Shown here one piece after another: positions 9,256 to 17,242 of a stretch of 64,000 nucleotides of DNA. The notes below the pieces were generated by a model. It saw only the letters and a list, made by a program, of their open reading frames with translations, ran no database searches and was not told where the DNA came from. Positions within the stretch are counted from its first letter, which is position 1, and each line of letters opens with the position of its first letter. Source of the stretch: a virus (taxonomy: Duplodnaviria; Caudoviricetes); the IMG/VR virus record IMGVR_UViG_2767802109_000003, positions 15,691 through 79,690 of that record; one strand, 5' to 3'. A program made the position numbers and the translations under genes.

Positions 9256-9491
9256 GCCGCTACGACGACCTGTCCCCGCGGGCCCTGTGGTGGCTGCAGA
9301 ACCTCGACGAGCTCGACCTTGCCGCCGAATGCGCCGACTTCGAGGCCCGCTTCGAGAGGGTCCGCGCCCTCGAGCCGAAGCCGCTCGACGGGCTGAACGA
9401 TCTCGGCCGCGCCCAAGCCAACGGGTGGAACGCCGCCCTCGCCGCCGTCCGGGAAGTCCTCAAGCCGCCGGCCGCCGACCGCAGCGCATGA
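9252..9491 (+). CDS. Hypothetical phage protein
   Basis: AAGGAG RBS, GTGA coupling; last gene before terminator. Confidence 0.6.
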   Translation: MSRYDDLSPRALWWLQNLDELDLAAECADFEARFERVRALEPKPLDGLNDLGRAQANGWNAALAAVREVLKPPAADRSA

Positions 9492-9530
9492 CGAAACCCC
9501 GCCCCCTCACCAGAGGGGCGGGGCTTTCGT
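9491..9530 (+). terminator. Rho-independent terminator of the rightward early operon
   Basis: ACGAAACCCCGCCCC..GGGGCGGGGCTTTCGT inverted repeat directly after stop. Confidence 0.75.
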
Positions 9531-9558
9531 CGCGCTCAGTAGTCGCCGACGGCTCGGC

Positions 9559-9597
9559 TGCAGAGATATTTACATCCTGGGCGTAACTATCTCTGCA
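9559..9597. repeat. AT-rich 15-bp inverted repeat with 9-nt spacer
   Basis: TGCAGAGATA-T-TTAC / GTAA-C-TATCTCTGCA, one mismatch. Confidence 0.8.
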
Positions 9598-9642
9598 AGA
9601 TCGCCAGCCGGATGCTTACCCAGCGTGAGAATCGGCGGTCTG

Positions 9643-9966
9643 TCAGAACCGGCCGGTGCAGGCCAGGCAGACATGCGACGACTCCCACTCCGCCCGCTGC
9701 GCCTCCGCCAACTGCACCGCCTTGTACACAACCGCACCCCAACCCGCTCCGCCCGCGGCGATCAGCAGGCCGAGCAGGATGCTGCCCTCCGTCAGCACCA
9801 GGATGCCGACCGCGACCGCCACCAGCGCCGCCCAGTACGACACTTTCGGCCGGGCCGGCGGCGCGTACTTCGCCTTCAACGGCGACTCCGCGGGCAGCGA
9901 CTGCCAGTAGTGCGGGAGATCGGCGACGTTCGGGGACGAGCAGTCCTTGGACGGGCAGGCGATCAC
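9643..9966 (-). CDS. Two-TM membrane protein with Cys motifs at both ends
   Basis: CPSKDC N-term, two hydrophobic helices, CLAC C-term. Confidence 0.65.
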   Translation of the reverse strand: MIACPSKDCSSPNVADLPHYWQSLPAESPLKAKYAPPARPKVSYWAALVAVAVGILVLTEGSILLGLLIAAGGAGWGAVVYKAVQLAEAQRAEWESSHVCLACTGRF

Positions 9967-10090
9967 GGCGACCCCCGGGATGCGGCGTTGGGGCAGCAGG
10001 GTCGTGGGGTACCGGCGGGTACGGCAAGCGGGATGCGGGCAGTGTGGGCCGGGCCACAGAACGGCAGCAACAAGGGCCCCACCCGTCGCT

Positions 10091-10927
10091 CTAGGCGAAA
10101 CGGCCGCCGCCCGAACGAGCCGCACCATGCCGCCCCTTGCCCGGCCGCGCAGTGTGGGCCGCCTGAACCTGGTCCGCGGCAAACAGGGACTCCCCACCCC
10201 GCCCCGGCGCGCGCCCGACGGCCTCCAGACCCCACCGGGACATCTGCTTGCGGGCCGAACCGTTCGCCGACTTGCCCGAGTAGCCGAGATGGCTGGCGAC
10301 CTGGCTGATCGTCCACCGGTCGTAGGTGCGGGAGGCGTAGGCGTCGATGTCGTCCACGTGCCACAAGGGCAGCCGGCCACCGAGGGCGTAGTGCCGCGGC
10401 TCCGGCAGGTGGCCGACCTTCCACAGCAGGCTCCAGCCCGTCGGCGACATGACCAGCTGGTGGGTGTCGGCGAGGTAGGGCCGAACCGTGTCCAGGGTGA
10501 GGCAGCGGTCGTCGCGGGCCGCGTCAGCGGAAGGGACGCGTTCGTCGAGGATGGTGAGGCTGTCGCGGGACCCGGCGATGGGGTACACGTCGTGGGCGAG
10601 GCCGTGGGCTTCCCGCTCCAGCCACTCCTCGGCCGGGGTGACGGAGTCGGCGCGCAGCGCGGTAGGGCGGATCACGGTGGTGACGGGCTGGGCGGCGATC
10701 TCGTCGGCTTCGGGGCCGGTGCCGTACCGCCAGGCGAAGTTCGGGGCGTCGCCCTTGGTCTTGCCGGTGGCACACAGGATGCCGATGGGCCGGTGGCCGG
10801 TGGAGGCGTGGATGGCTTCGGCGAGTGCGCGGGCCTTGGGGGTGAGGGTGTCGAGGTCGACGGTGTCGGTGAAGGCGGTGGTGCCGCCTGCGGTGCGGCG
10901 GATGTTGAGGGTGACGAGGGTGGGCAT
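10091..10927 (-). CDS. DNA-binding protein with AlpA/excisionase-like and HTH domains
   Basis: LPEP..GGRLPLWHVDDIDAY and WTISQVASHLG..SARKQMSRWG. Confidence 0.7.
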   Translation of the reverse strand: MPTLVTLNIRRTAGGTTAFTDTVDLDTLTPKARALAEAIHASTGHRPIGILCATGKTKGDAPNFAWRYGTGPEADEIAAQPVTTVIRPTALRADSVTPAEEWLEREAHGLAHDVYPIAGSRDSLTILDERVPSADAARDDRCLTLDTVRPYLADTHQLVMSPTGWSLLWKVGHLPEPRHYALGGRLPLWHVDDIDAYASRTYDRWTISQVASHLGYSGKSANGSARKQMSRWGLEAVGRAPGRGGESLFAADQVQAAHTARPGKGRHGAARSGGGRFA

Positions 10928-10957
10928 GGCGGCGTCTCCGGCTCTGGTGGCGGGTGG

Positions 10958-11491
10958 TCAGGTGGCAAGCTGGGTGCGGATCTGCTTGGCCAGGTCGATG
11001 ACCGCTTCCATCGGGATCGCCGCGGTCGACTGGTGCTTGACGCGGAGTCGGCCCTGGTCGAGGAAGGCGATGCCGTTGACGATCTCGTCGGGGCCATCCT
11101 CGATCTGGTCGGTGATGGTGATCTGAGAGCCGGTGAGGGCGATCAGGGTGGCGGTGCGGTCGCCTTCGTGGGTGATGGCGTTGAGGCGGTCGGCGAAGAG
11201 CGGGGCGAGGCCGGTGATGGTGGTCCAGGTGGAGCCGTTCTTGCGGGTGCGGGTCTTCACCGTGGCGGTGGCCGTGATGTCGGCGTGCGTGTAGGTACCG
11301 GTGAGGTTGATGGTCACGGGCTTGGCCTTCCTGGCACGCAGGGCGCCGATGGTGATCCGGTGGGCGAGGGAGGCGGTGTCGATGATCCAGCGGCCGGCCT
11401 GCTTGGTGGCGGCGATGATGCCGCGGCGGCACCAGGTGCGGATGGTGGCGGTGGTGACGTTGGCCTGGAGTGCGGCGGCGGTGGTGTTCAT
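10958..11491 (-). CDS. Excisionase-like (HTH_17) domain protein
   Basis: MNTTAAALQANVTTATIRTWCRRGIIAATKQAGRWIID. Confidence 0.8.
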   Translation of the reverse strand: MNTTAAALQANVTTATIRTWCRRGIIAATKQAGRWIIDTASLAHRITIGALRARKAKPVTINLTGTYTHADITATATVKTRTRKNGSTWTTITGLAPLFADRLNAITHEGDRTATLIALTGSQITITDQIEDGPDEIVNGIAFLDQGRLRVKHQSTAAIPMEAVIDLAKQIRTQLAT

Positions 11492-11515
11492 CGGGTCCCC
11501 CTTGGTTTGATGACT

Positions 11516-11547
11516 CCATAATGCCTCATGGTGAGGCATTATGGCAA
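11516..11547 (-). promoter_or_regulatory. Promoter with overlapping perfect 13-bp palindromic operator
   Basis: CCATAATGCCTCA-TGG-TGAGGCATTATGG; minus strand TTGCCA-N18-CATTAT. Confidence 0.7.
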
Positions 11548-11817
11548 GGGAGTGTGACCACCCGATCCCCGGTAGCGGGACCCCAAGACGCAGAATCGCC
11601 CGCCACCAGCAGAAAGCTAATGGCGGGCAGCGAAAAGACCGGTCGGTCGAGGCGGCAAGATGGGCCATCCCCGCAGGGGCGGGGAGCACGGGCACGTAAC
11701 CGGAAACGCTCGTTCCAGCCTTGGGCCAACCCCGCCAGTGCGGGGAGCAACCGTCAACTTTCCGACGGCACCGCCACCATGCCACGCCCCACCGACAAAC
11801 CGCAGGCGAACGCCCGG

Positions 11818-11890
11818 CTACAGCTCCGTCACCTCGAACGGGGCGGGCAGTGGCGGCAGCGCCACCCGCAACGCCCGGCCCAGCAGGGCG
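11818..11890 (-). pseudogene. 3' remnant of a paralogue of the gene at 12798-13115
   Basis: Translates to ALLGRALRVALPPLPAPFEVTEL* versus AMLGRALRVQLPPLPSLYELTEL in 12798-13115. Confidence 0.75.
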
Positions 11891-12655
11891 CTACCGAGGG
11901 AACCTTGCCAGCCAGGCAGGAAGCGGCTTGTCGTCACTCCAGTAGTGCATCAGCGCATACTTGAACGACAGCAAATCCACCTCGCGAACCGACTGCAAGG
12001 CTTGGGGGTCCTCCCGGCCGAGCTGCGCCAGCGCACGCTGCCGCTTGTCCCGGTACACCTGCGGGCGCTTCCGCTCGAACTGCAACAGCAGCCGACGCAC
12101 CTGATCGTCGTCGAGGTCGTTCGCCGACGCATACAGACGGTCGAGTTCCACCTGGCGTCGATCTTGCGCGCTCGTCGCCTCCCCCGCGCGAGCGGCAGCG
12201 AGCGCGGAGGAATGTTCGTCGCCAGCATCTTCTTCCTCCGTACTTCTTCCGTCACTACTTCCTGAAGAGGTACCGCTCACCGACGTCCCGCCGACGGACG
12301 TACCGTCCACCGACGTGCCGCCAGCGGTACCCCGGTCCCGGGGGATGTCGAACACCTCCAGCACAGTGACGAACCGCCCCCGCTCGCCCTTCTCTCGGCG
12401 CCGCACGATGTAGCCGGCCGCCTCCAGCTCGGAGAACGCCGACCGGAGGCCGCGCCGCCCCTCGCCCACGACATCACCCCGGTGCCGTCGGGCCCGGTCA
12501 GACAACGCGTCAGCGTTCGTTTCCCAGCCCGACGGACGGCTCAACAGCTCGGCCAGCACGCCGCGGGCGCAATACGTCAACCGGTCATCCCGCAGCAGCG
12601 CGTTCGGCAGGATCGTGAAATTGTCGACTGGCCGTGAACGACGGATCTTCAGCAC
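11891..12655 (-). CDS. Replication-initiator-like winged-HTH protein
   Basis: IRRSRPVDNFTILPNALLRDDRLTYCARGVLAELLSRPSGWE ... ELEAAGYI typical of O/DnaD-like initiators; repeat-rich linker. Confidence 0.72.
   Translation of the reverse strand: MLKIRRSRPVDNFTILPNALLRDDRLTYCARGVLAELLSRPSGWETNADALSDRARRHRGDVVGEGRRGLRSAFSELEAAGYIVRRREKGERGRFVTVLEVFDIPRDRGTAGGTSVDGTSVGGTSVSGTSSGSSDGRSTEEEDAGDEHSSALAAARAGEATSAQDRRQVELDRLYASANDLDDDQVRRLLLQFERKRPQVYRDKRQRALAQLGREDPQALQSVREVDLLSFKYALMHYWSDDKPLPAWLARFPR
12228..12330. repeat. Four degenerate 15-bp tandem repeats next to a pyrimidine-rich lower-GC tract (iteron-like)
   Basis: 12271-12330: TACCGCTCACCGACG/TCCCGCCGACGGACG/TACCGTCCACCGACG/TGCCGCCAGCGGTAC. 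Confidence 0.55.
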
Positions 12656-12797
12656 ACGCCACGCCCTATGAGACTCGGGCACGCCAAAACAATCATGAAT
12701 GTCCCTGGTGTTGCGCGGGCCGCACGCCCGCTGATCTGCGAAACGGCCGGACGGGGTCACCGTCCGGCCGATCGTGTGAACCGCTACGCTGCGCCGA

Positions 12798-13115
12798 TCA
12801 CGCAGACGCCGAAAGCTCCGTCAGTTCGTACAGGCTCGGCAGCGGCGGAAGCTGCACACGCAGAGCGCGGCCCAGCATCGCGCGGGCCATCAGCTCCCAC
12901 TCGGCGACGGGCCGCCCCGCCGGCTTCACGAACAGCAGGCTGCCGTCGGGACGGCGAAACGTACCGCCAGTGAAGCCCGGGTCCGCCTCGATCTCCGTCA
13001 CGTCCACGTCGAACTCGGCCAGAAGGGCATCGAGGGGGGCGTTCATCAGACGCTCGGATGTCGGGTTCGTGACGGGGGTCGCAGTGCCGTCCACTCCAGG
13101 GGTTGCTAAAGTCAT
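12798..13115 (-). CDS. Hypothetical protein; TTA at codon 3 if the ATG 13115 start is used
   Basis: GGAG 8 nt before ATG; ATG ACT TTA; core MNAPLDALLAEFDV.. Confidence 0.7.
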   Translation of the reverse strand: MTLATPGVDGTATPVTNPTSERLMNAPLDALLAEFDVDVTEIEADPGFTGGTFRRPDGSLLFVKPAGRPVAEWELMARAMLGRALRVQLPPLPSLYELTELSASA

Positions 13116-13158
13116 GACTAGAACTCCGATCTCAGCGGGTTGGATTCTTCTTGGAGCA

Positions 13159-13217
13159 GCGAGGTGCGAACTCGCCGTTCGAACAGGCCGGGCGGGTGCG
13201 AACCGCTCGGCCGTTCG
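13159..13217. repeat. Twin hairpins with identical GTGCGAA loop
   Basis: GCGAG-GTGCGAA-CTCGC and GGCCGGGCGG-GTGCGAA-CCGCTCGGCC, each running into CCGTTCG. Confidence 0.75.
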
Positions 13218-13218
13218 T

Positions 13219-13956
13219 TTATTCGGTGTCGACCTGCCAGGCCCCCGGCGGGTACACGTCCTCCCAGACCTCTAGCGGTCCGTCTTCATCGTGGAAGACG
13301 TTGACCACCACCAGAACGGACGCGGCCGACTCCGGGGGAAGATCGATGCCCAGCGCGTTGAGCTCGTCGTTCGAGATGAGGCGGGCAGTCCTGCGCTCCG
13401 GCGACCTTGTGACGTCGCGGCCGGTGCGCTCCTTGTAGAGGTCTTGCCACCAGCGTTCCGACGGTCCGTCGTTCAGCATCTCTGGCACGGTGCCGAGAGC
13501 GCGGACGTGGATGAACGAGGTGTCGACGGTGGAGGGGGAGCCTTCGCGGTGGTGCACTCGGCGTCGAATGACGACCTCGTCGTGGGGCTCCAGGTCGAGC
13601 AGCTGGGCGATGACCGGGTCCGCGACCGACCTCATGCCGGCCCAGTGGTTGCTGGAGGTTTCGCCGGGGGCGCGTAGTTCACCAGTGCGCGCCCTTCGTC
13701 CCAGCCGGGCGGCGCCAGTGACGGCCACGTTCGACTGGTGAGCCACGAAGGTGCCTGTCGAGTTCGCCTCCAGGAGACCTTCCGAGGTGAGCGTCTTGAA
13801 GGCCTGATCGATGGTGCCGGACGCTGCACCGGTCTCTTCTGTGATCTTTCGCCTGGAAGGCAGTCGCGTTCCGGGGGCGAGCGTTCCGTCTTGGATGAGC
13901 CGCCGGTAGTGCGCGGCGATCTCCAGTGCGGTACGCCGTGTGTTCGGCGGCGGCAT
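13219..13956 (-). CDS. GntR-family repressor with UTRA domain (KorSA/HutC-like)
   Basis: IQDGTLAPGTRLPS..TG..TI..A...L..EGLL..GTFV plus C-terminal UTRA; AGGAG RBS; divergent from transfer operon. Confidence 0.93.
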   Translation of the reverse strand: MPPPNTRRTALEIAAHYRRLIQDGTLAPGTRLPSRRKITEETGAASGTIDQAFKTLTSEGLLEANSTGTFVAHQSNVAVTGAARLGRRARTGELRAPGETSSNHWAGMRSVADPVIAQLLDLEPHDEVVIRRRVHHREGSPSTVDTSFIHVRALGTVPEMLNDGPSERWWQDLYKERTGRDVTRSPERRTARLISNDELNALGIDLPPESAASVLVVVNVFHDEDGPLEVWEDVYPPGAWQVDTE

Positions 13957-13983
13957 GAGTCTCCTGACTTGAGTTTTGGGTGA

Positions 13984-14036
13984 GGGGGCTTGCTTGCGTT
14001 CTAGATTAGCTCTAGATTGGGTTTCCGCAAGCCCCC
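13984..14036. promoter_or_regulatory. Divergent promoter/operator: TCTAGATT direct repeats inside a 10-bp inverted repeat
   Basis: TCTAGATT at 14000 and 14011; GGGGGCTTGC 13984 / GCAAGCCCCC 14027. Confidence 0.65.
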
Positions 14037-14051
14037 GCCGCAAGGCGAAAG

Positions 14052-14123
14052 GGCCTCGCCAGTGGTAGCGCATTGAGCGAGGCCAGGACCCTCGGCACCG
14101 GTGGTAGCGCACCGATGCCGAGG
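14052..14123 (+). repeat. Twin hairpins with identical GTGGTAGCGCA loop core in the operon leader
   Basis: GGCCTCGC..GTGGTAGCGCA..GCGAGGCC and CCTCGGCA..GTGGTAGCGCA..TGCCGAGG. Confidence 0.75.
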
Positions 14124-14156
14124 CAGCCAGCAACCTGACCGAACCAGGAGCTAGCC

Positions 14157-14462
14157 ATGCCGAACCTTACCCGTGCTCTAGAGCGCTCCGAGCGCAACCC
14201 GGCCCAAACCGCCCCGCTGAACCCGGCCGCTGCTGCGGCTCTGGCCCGTCTGGAGTCGAAGCTCGGCGCGGCCGATGTGCAGAAGGCTGCCGCCCGCTAC
14301 AGGGTGGCGTCGGCCGCGATCGCGAAGGCGTCCCAGGTGTTGGGGGCGCGAGCGTTGACGGAGGTCGAGGCCAGCGACTTCGACTACATGCAGGACGTGA
14401 TGCGCGAGGCGCGGACCGTCCTGGCCGCCGCGGGCCAGCTCGACTTGATCGGCGGCGTGTGA
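14157..14462 (+). CDS. Hypothetical protein, first gene of transfer operon
   Basis: AGGAG RBS; helical 101-aa ORF. Confidence 0.75.
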   Translation: MPNLTRALERSERNPAQTAPLNPAAAAALARLESKLGAADVQKAAARYRVASAAIAKASQVLGARALTEVEASDFDYMQDVMREARTVLAAAGQLDLIGGV

Positions 14463-14623
14463 TGGCGGCCCGCGAGATCCTCGCCGACTTCCCGGCTGGC
14501 AACCCGCGCGGGTCGTGGCCGGCGGAGGAGAAGGCGGCCGAGCTGACCGCACAGGGCCAGTCCGTCACCGTGACGATGGACCTCGACAGCGACCGGTTCC
14601 TGGTCGTGAGGGCCGAGTCGTGA
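14462..14623 (+). CDS. Small hypothetical protein
   Basis: TGATG coupling; MAAREILADFPAGNPRGSWPAEEKAAEL. Confidence 0.65.
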   Translation: MAAREILADFPAGNPRGSWPAEEKAAELTAQGQSVTVTMDLDSDRFLVVRAES

Positions 14624-14790
14624 GCGGCCTGGAGCCCAGCTTGGAGCTGGAGGCGGCGGTCGACGAGGTGTTCCTCGGCTGGTGGCCGGCCGACCTGATG
14701 GCCATCGTCCGCCAGCCCTACGAGCCCGGCGCCATCACCGCCTACGCCCATCGTGATGGCGGCGCGCACCTGCCGGAGCGTGTGTCGTGA
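14620..14790 (+). CDS. Small hypothetical protein
   Basis: GTGA coupling at both ends. Confidence 0.55.
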   Translation: MSGLEPSLELEAAVDEVFLGWWPADLMAIVRQPYEPGAITAYAHRDGGAHLPERVS

Positions 14791-15017
14791 CGGAGCGGGA
14801 GCGTCTGCAGCTGCTGCGGGCGAAGGCTGCGGAGATTCTGGCGCCGCTGCCGGCGTGGGATGGCGAGTCGCCGTCTGTGTGGGTGGTGGTCGTCGACCCT
14901 GAGACGCAGAACCGGATCGCCCATTGGCGGGTGCCTGCCGAGGTGGCGCCTCAGCCCGAGTCCCGGCCTCAGCCCCAGTCCCGTCGTCACCTGCGCGCTG
15001 TGCCGGACGCGTCGTGA
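14787..15017 (+). CDS. Small hypothetical protein
   Basis: GTGA coupling; C-terminal RHLRAV. Confidence 0.55.
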   Translation: MTERERLQLLRAKAAEILAPLPAWDGESPSVWVVVVDPETQNRIAHWRVPAEVAPQPESRPQPQSRRHLRAVPDAS

Positions 15018-15142
15018 GTCCGGCCGAGCAGGGCGCGACTGCGAAGGCGCTGGCCGAGCAGACCAGGCGGCACATGGAGGCGGCGAAGGCCGCTGCCGCT
15101 GCCGCTGAGGCCGCCCGACTCGCCGCCAACCGGCCCCGTTAG
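15014..15142 (+). CDS. Small Ala-rich protein
   Basis: GTGA coupling. Confidence 0.45.
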   Translation: MSPAEQGATAKALAEQTRRHMEAAKAAAAAAEAARLAANRPR

Positions 15143-15239
15143 GGCCCCTGATCCGCCGCGGTCGGCGGTGTCCAACCCCCGTCCCGCCGGCCGCGGCATT
15201 CCACCCCCGTTCCGGATTGACCGACTGAGGAGATCAGCC

Positions 15240-15458
15240 ATGTCCCGATACCTGGAAGAGTCCGCCGCCCTGCTGCGGAAGGCGTCGACGGAGCACGAGC
15301 GCAACTACGCCGACGGGTTGTACGTGAACTCCGCCAACGAGGGCCGTGAGCGGATCGCCCGAGGGTTCGCCGTTCTCGCCGCGATCGACAAGGGCCTGCT
15401 GCCCGCCGAGATCACGCAGGACGTGATCCGGGCGATCGTCGAGCACCCCACTGTCTGA
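15240..15458 (+). CDS. Hypothetical protein
   Basis: GAGGAG RBS, ATG 15240. Confidence 0.65.
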   Translation: MSRYLEESAALLRKASTEHERNYADGLYVNSANEGRERIARGFAVLAAIDKGLLPAEITQDVIRAIVEHPTV

Positions 15459-15502
15459 CCTGCACCCCCCACCCCGCTGTCGACCTGTTGAGGAGTACCC
15501 CC

Positions 15503-15724
15503 ATGCCTGTTTCCGCCCAGACCGACTGGCCTGACGGTGTCGTGGCCCGCTACCGGACCGTCGGCGGCGCGACCGTCGACCTGACCGACGACGCCGAGTG
15601 TGTCCGGCTCCTGTGTTCGGGCTGCGGCTTCGGTAATCGCCACGCCTACTACCCGCCGGCCGCCCACCGGCTCGCCGAGCGCCACGCCGGCAAGTGCCGC
15701 CAGGTGCCCCGCCCCACCGCCTGA
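15503..15724 (+). CDS. Small zinc-ribbon protein
   Basis: GAGGAG RBS; WPDGVVARYRTVGGATVD, CSGC, HAGKC. Confidence 0.7.
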   Translation: MPVSAQTDWPDGVVARYRTVGGATVDLTDDAECVRLLCSGCGFGNRHAYYPPAAHRLAERHAGKCRQVPRPTA

Positions 15725-15762
15725 CCCCGACCGTCCCGCCCATCCTCCGAGGGGAGGCCCCC

Positions 15763-16203
15763 GTGTTCGCCGACGACAACCCCGCTCTCAGCCCTCTGTG
15801 GTCCGGCCGCCGCGCCCCGTTCGTCGCCTTCCAGACCGCGCTCGGTGGCCTGGCCGGCGCCTACGACCTCCGTGACGGCCGCAGCACCGACCCGACGAGC
15901 CGGGTGTCCCTGTCCGTCGACGACTGGCACGGCTGGCCGATCGTGGCCGCTCGTCGGATCCCGGTCGCCGCGTTCGACGACCTGCTGTTCGCCGTCCAGC
16001 AGCTCCGGGACCGGAGATTCGACGAGAACCGGCGCTGCGGCTGGACGGGGCAGGTCAACGCGGACCGTCGGGCCGCCGCCCGGGACCGCTGGCTGGCGCG
16101 CGGCACCGACCCGGACGCGTTCCGGGCCGGGCTGCAGGCCGAGTACGAGGCGTCCGCCCGACTGCACGAGGACGCGGCCAGCCTCCTCGACGGCCCGCTC
16201 TAA
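15763..16203 (+). CDS. Hypothetical protein
   Basis: GGGGAGG RBS, GTG 15763. Confidence 0.65.
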   Translation: MFADDNPALSPLWSGRRAPFVAFQTALGGLAGAYDLRDGRSTDPTSRVSLSVDDWHGWPIVAARRIPVAAFDDLLFAVQQLRDRRFDENRRCGWTGQVNADRRAAARDRWLARGTDPDAFRAGLQAEYEASARLHEDAASLLDGPL

Positions 16204-16255
16204 CCGAACTTCAGCACCCCACCCCATCCCACTGCACCTGAAAGGGCCACCCCCA

Positions 16256-16495
16256 ATGTCTCCGTACCTGATCTCCGCCGACCTGGGTTCCACCGAGATC
16301 GGCCTGAAGGCCCGCACGATCACCAGCGTCGCCGACGCGCTGACCCTGTCGATCGCTGACCTGTTCGGCGAGTACGCCGACGCCCGCCGCTCCGGTGACC
16401 CGGCCCGGATGGCCGCTGTCCGCGACTACGCGGCCGGGCTGGACGCCGACCTCGTCGCCGAGCTCGACGGCTTCGACTACCCCGCCGCCGCCTGA
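16256..16495 (+). CDS. Hypothetical protein
   Basis: ATG 16256, GC3-rich codons. Confidence 0.6.
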   Translation: MSPYLISADLGSTEIGLKARTITSVADALTLSIADLFGEYADARRSGDPARMAAVRDYAAGLDADLVAELDGFDYPAAA

Positions 16496-16583
16496 CCCGC
16501 CCACCGCCGGGGCGCGGAAACCCCACCGCGTCCCGGCACCCCAGTCCCGCCCGACATCAACCGTCTGACCAGAGGAGAACCCG

Positions 16584-17090
16584 ATGCCCGACACCCTGGC
16601 CGCCAACCCGTTCACGGCCGACGCCGTAACCCGTCCCGCGGTGGAGAAGACCGGCCGCCGCCCCGACTTCTGGATCGGCTACTCCGGCGAGACCATCACC
16701 GGCCCGGAGGTCGCCGACTTCCTCGACGCCACCCGTGTCGTGCTGGAGAAGACCGGCTGGACCCGCAGTTACACCGACAACGACCCGGAGATCCCCGAGC
16801 CCGACGAGTCCCTCTCCATCAAGGCGATGCTGCTCACCCTGTGGAGGTACGCCCGCGAAGCTCTCGGGCAGGAGGGGCCGCTCACCCTCACCTACGGCAT
16901 GTACCGGGTCGACAACAACGACGCGAAGCGGGTCGCTGACCGGGTCCTCGATGCGCTCGTCGCCGCGTACACCGGCACGCCGACCGCGCAGGCCACCGCC
17001 TGGGCCGAGCGGAAGAACCGCACCTGGGGTGAGGTCCGGGACCTTCTGACTGCCGGCGTCGACCTCGCCCGCACCCACGGTCCCCGCTGA
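16584..17090 (+). CDS. DUF6197-like protein
   Basis: FLDATRVVLEKTGWTR..AWAERKNRTWGEVRDLL pattern; GAGGAG RBS. Confidence 0.65.
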   Translation: MPDTLAANPFTADAVTRPAVEKTGRRPDFWIGYSGETITGPEVADFLDATRVVLEKTGWTRSYTDNDPEIPEPDESLSIKAMLLTLWRYAREALGQEGPLTLTYGMYRVDNNDAKRVADRVLDALVAAYTGTPTAQATAWAERKNRTWGEVRDLLTAGVDLARTHGPR

Positions 17091-17242
17091 TGCCCGACGA
17101 CCGCTGCCCCCAGTGCGAGGAGCACGCCGAGCTCCACAAGGGCAACTGGCTCGGCCTTGGTGATCAGACCAAGCCGTGCCTGCCGTGCGAGGACCACGCG
17201 AAGAACGGCTGCCCTGACCGCCGCAAGATCCGCTGGTGGTGA
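17090..17242 (+). CDS. Small Cys/His protein resembling small linear-plasmid proteins (pRL2-8-like)
   Basis: CPQCEEHA..CLPCEDHAKNGC..WW; TGATG coupling. Confidence 0.5.
   Translation: MPDDRCPQCEEHAELHKGNWLGLGDQTKPCLPCEDHAKNGCPDRRKIRWW

Noticed and set aside
11560-11790. Several hairpins suggesting a structured ncRNA
   Set aside because: Short GC-rich stems are expected by chance here; no recognisable family
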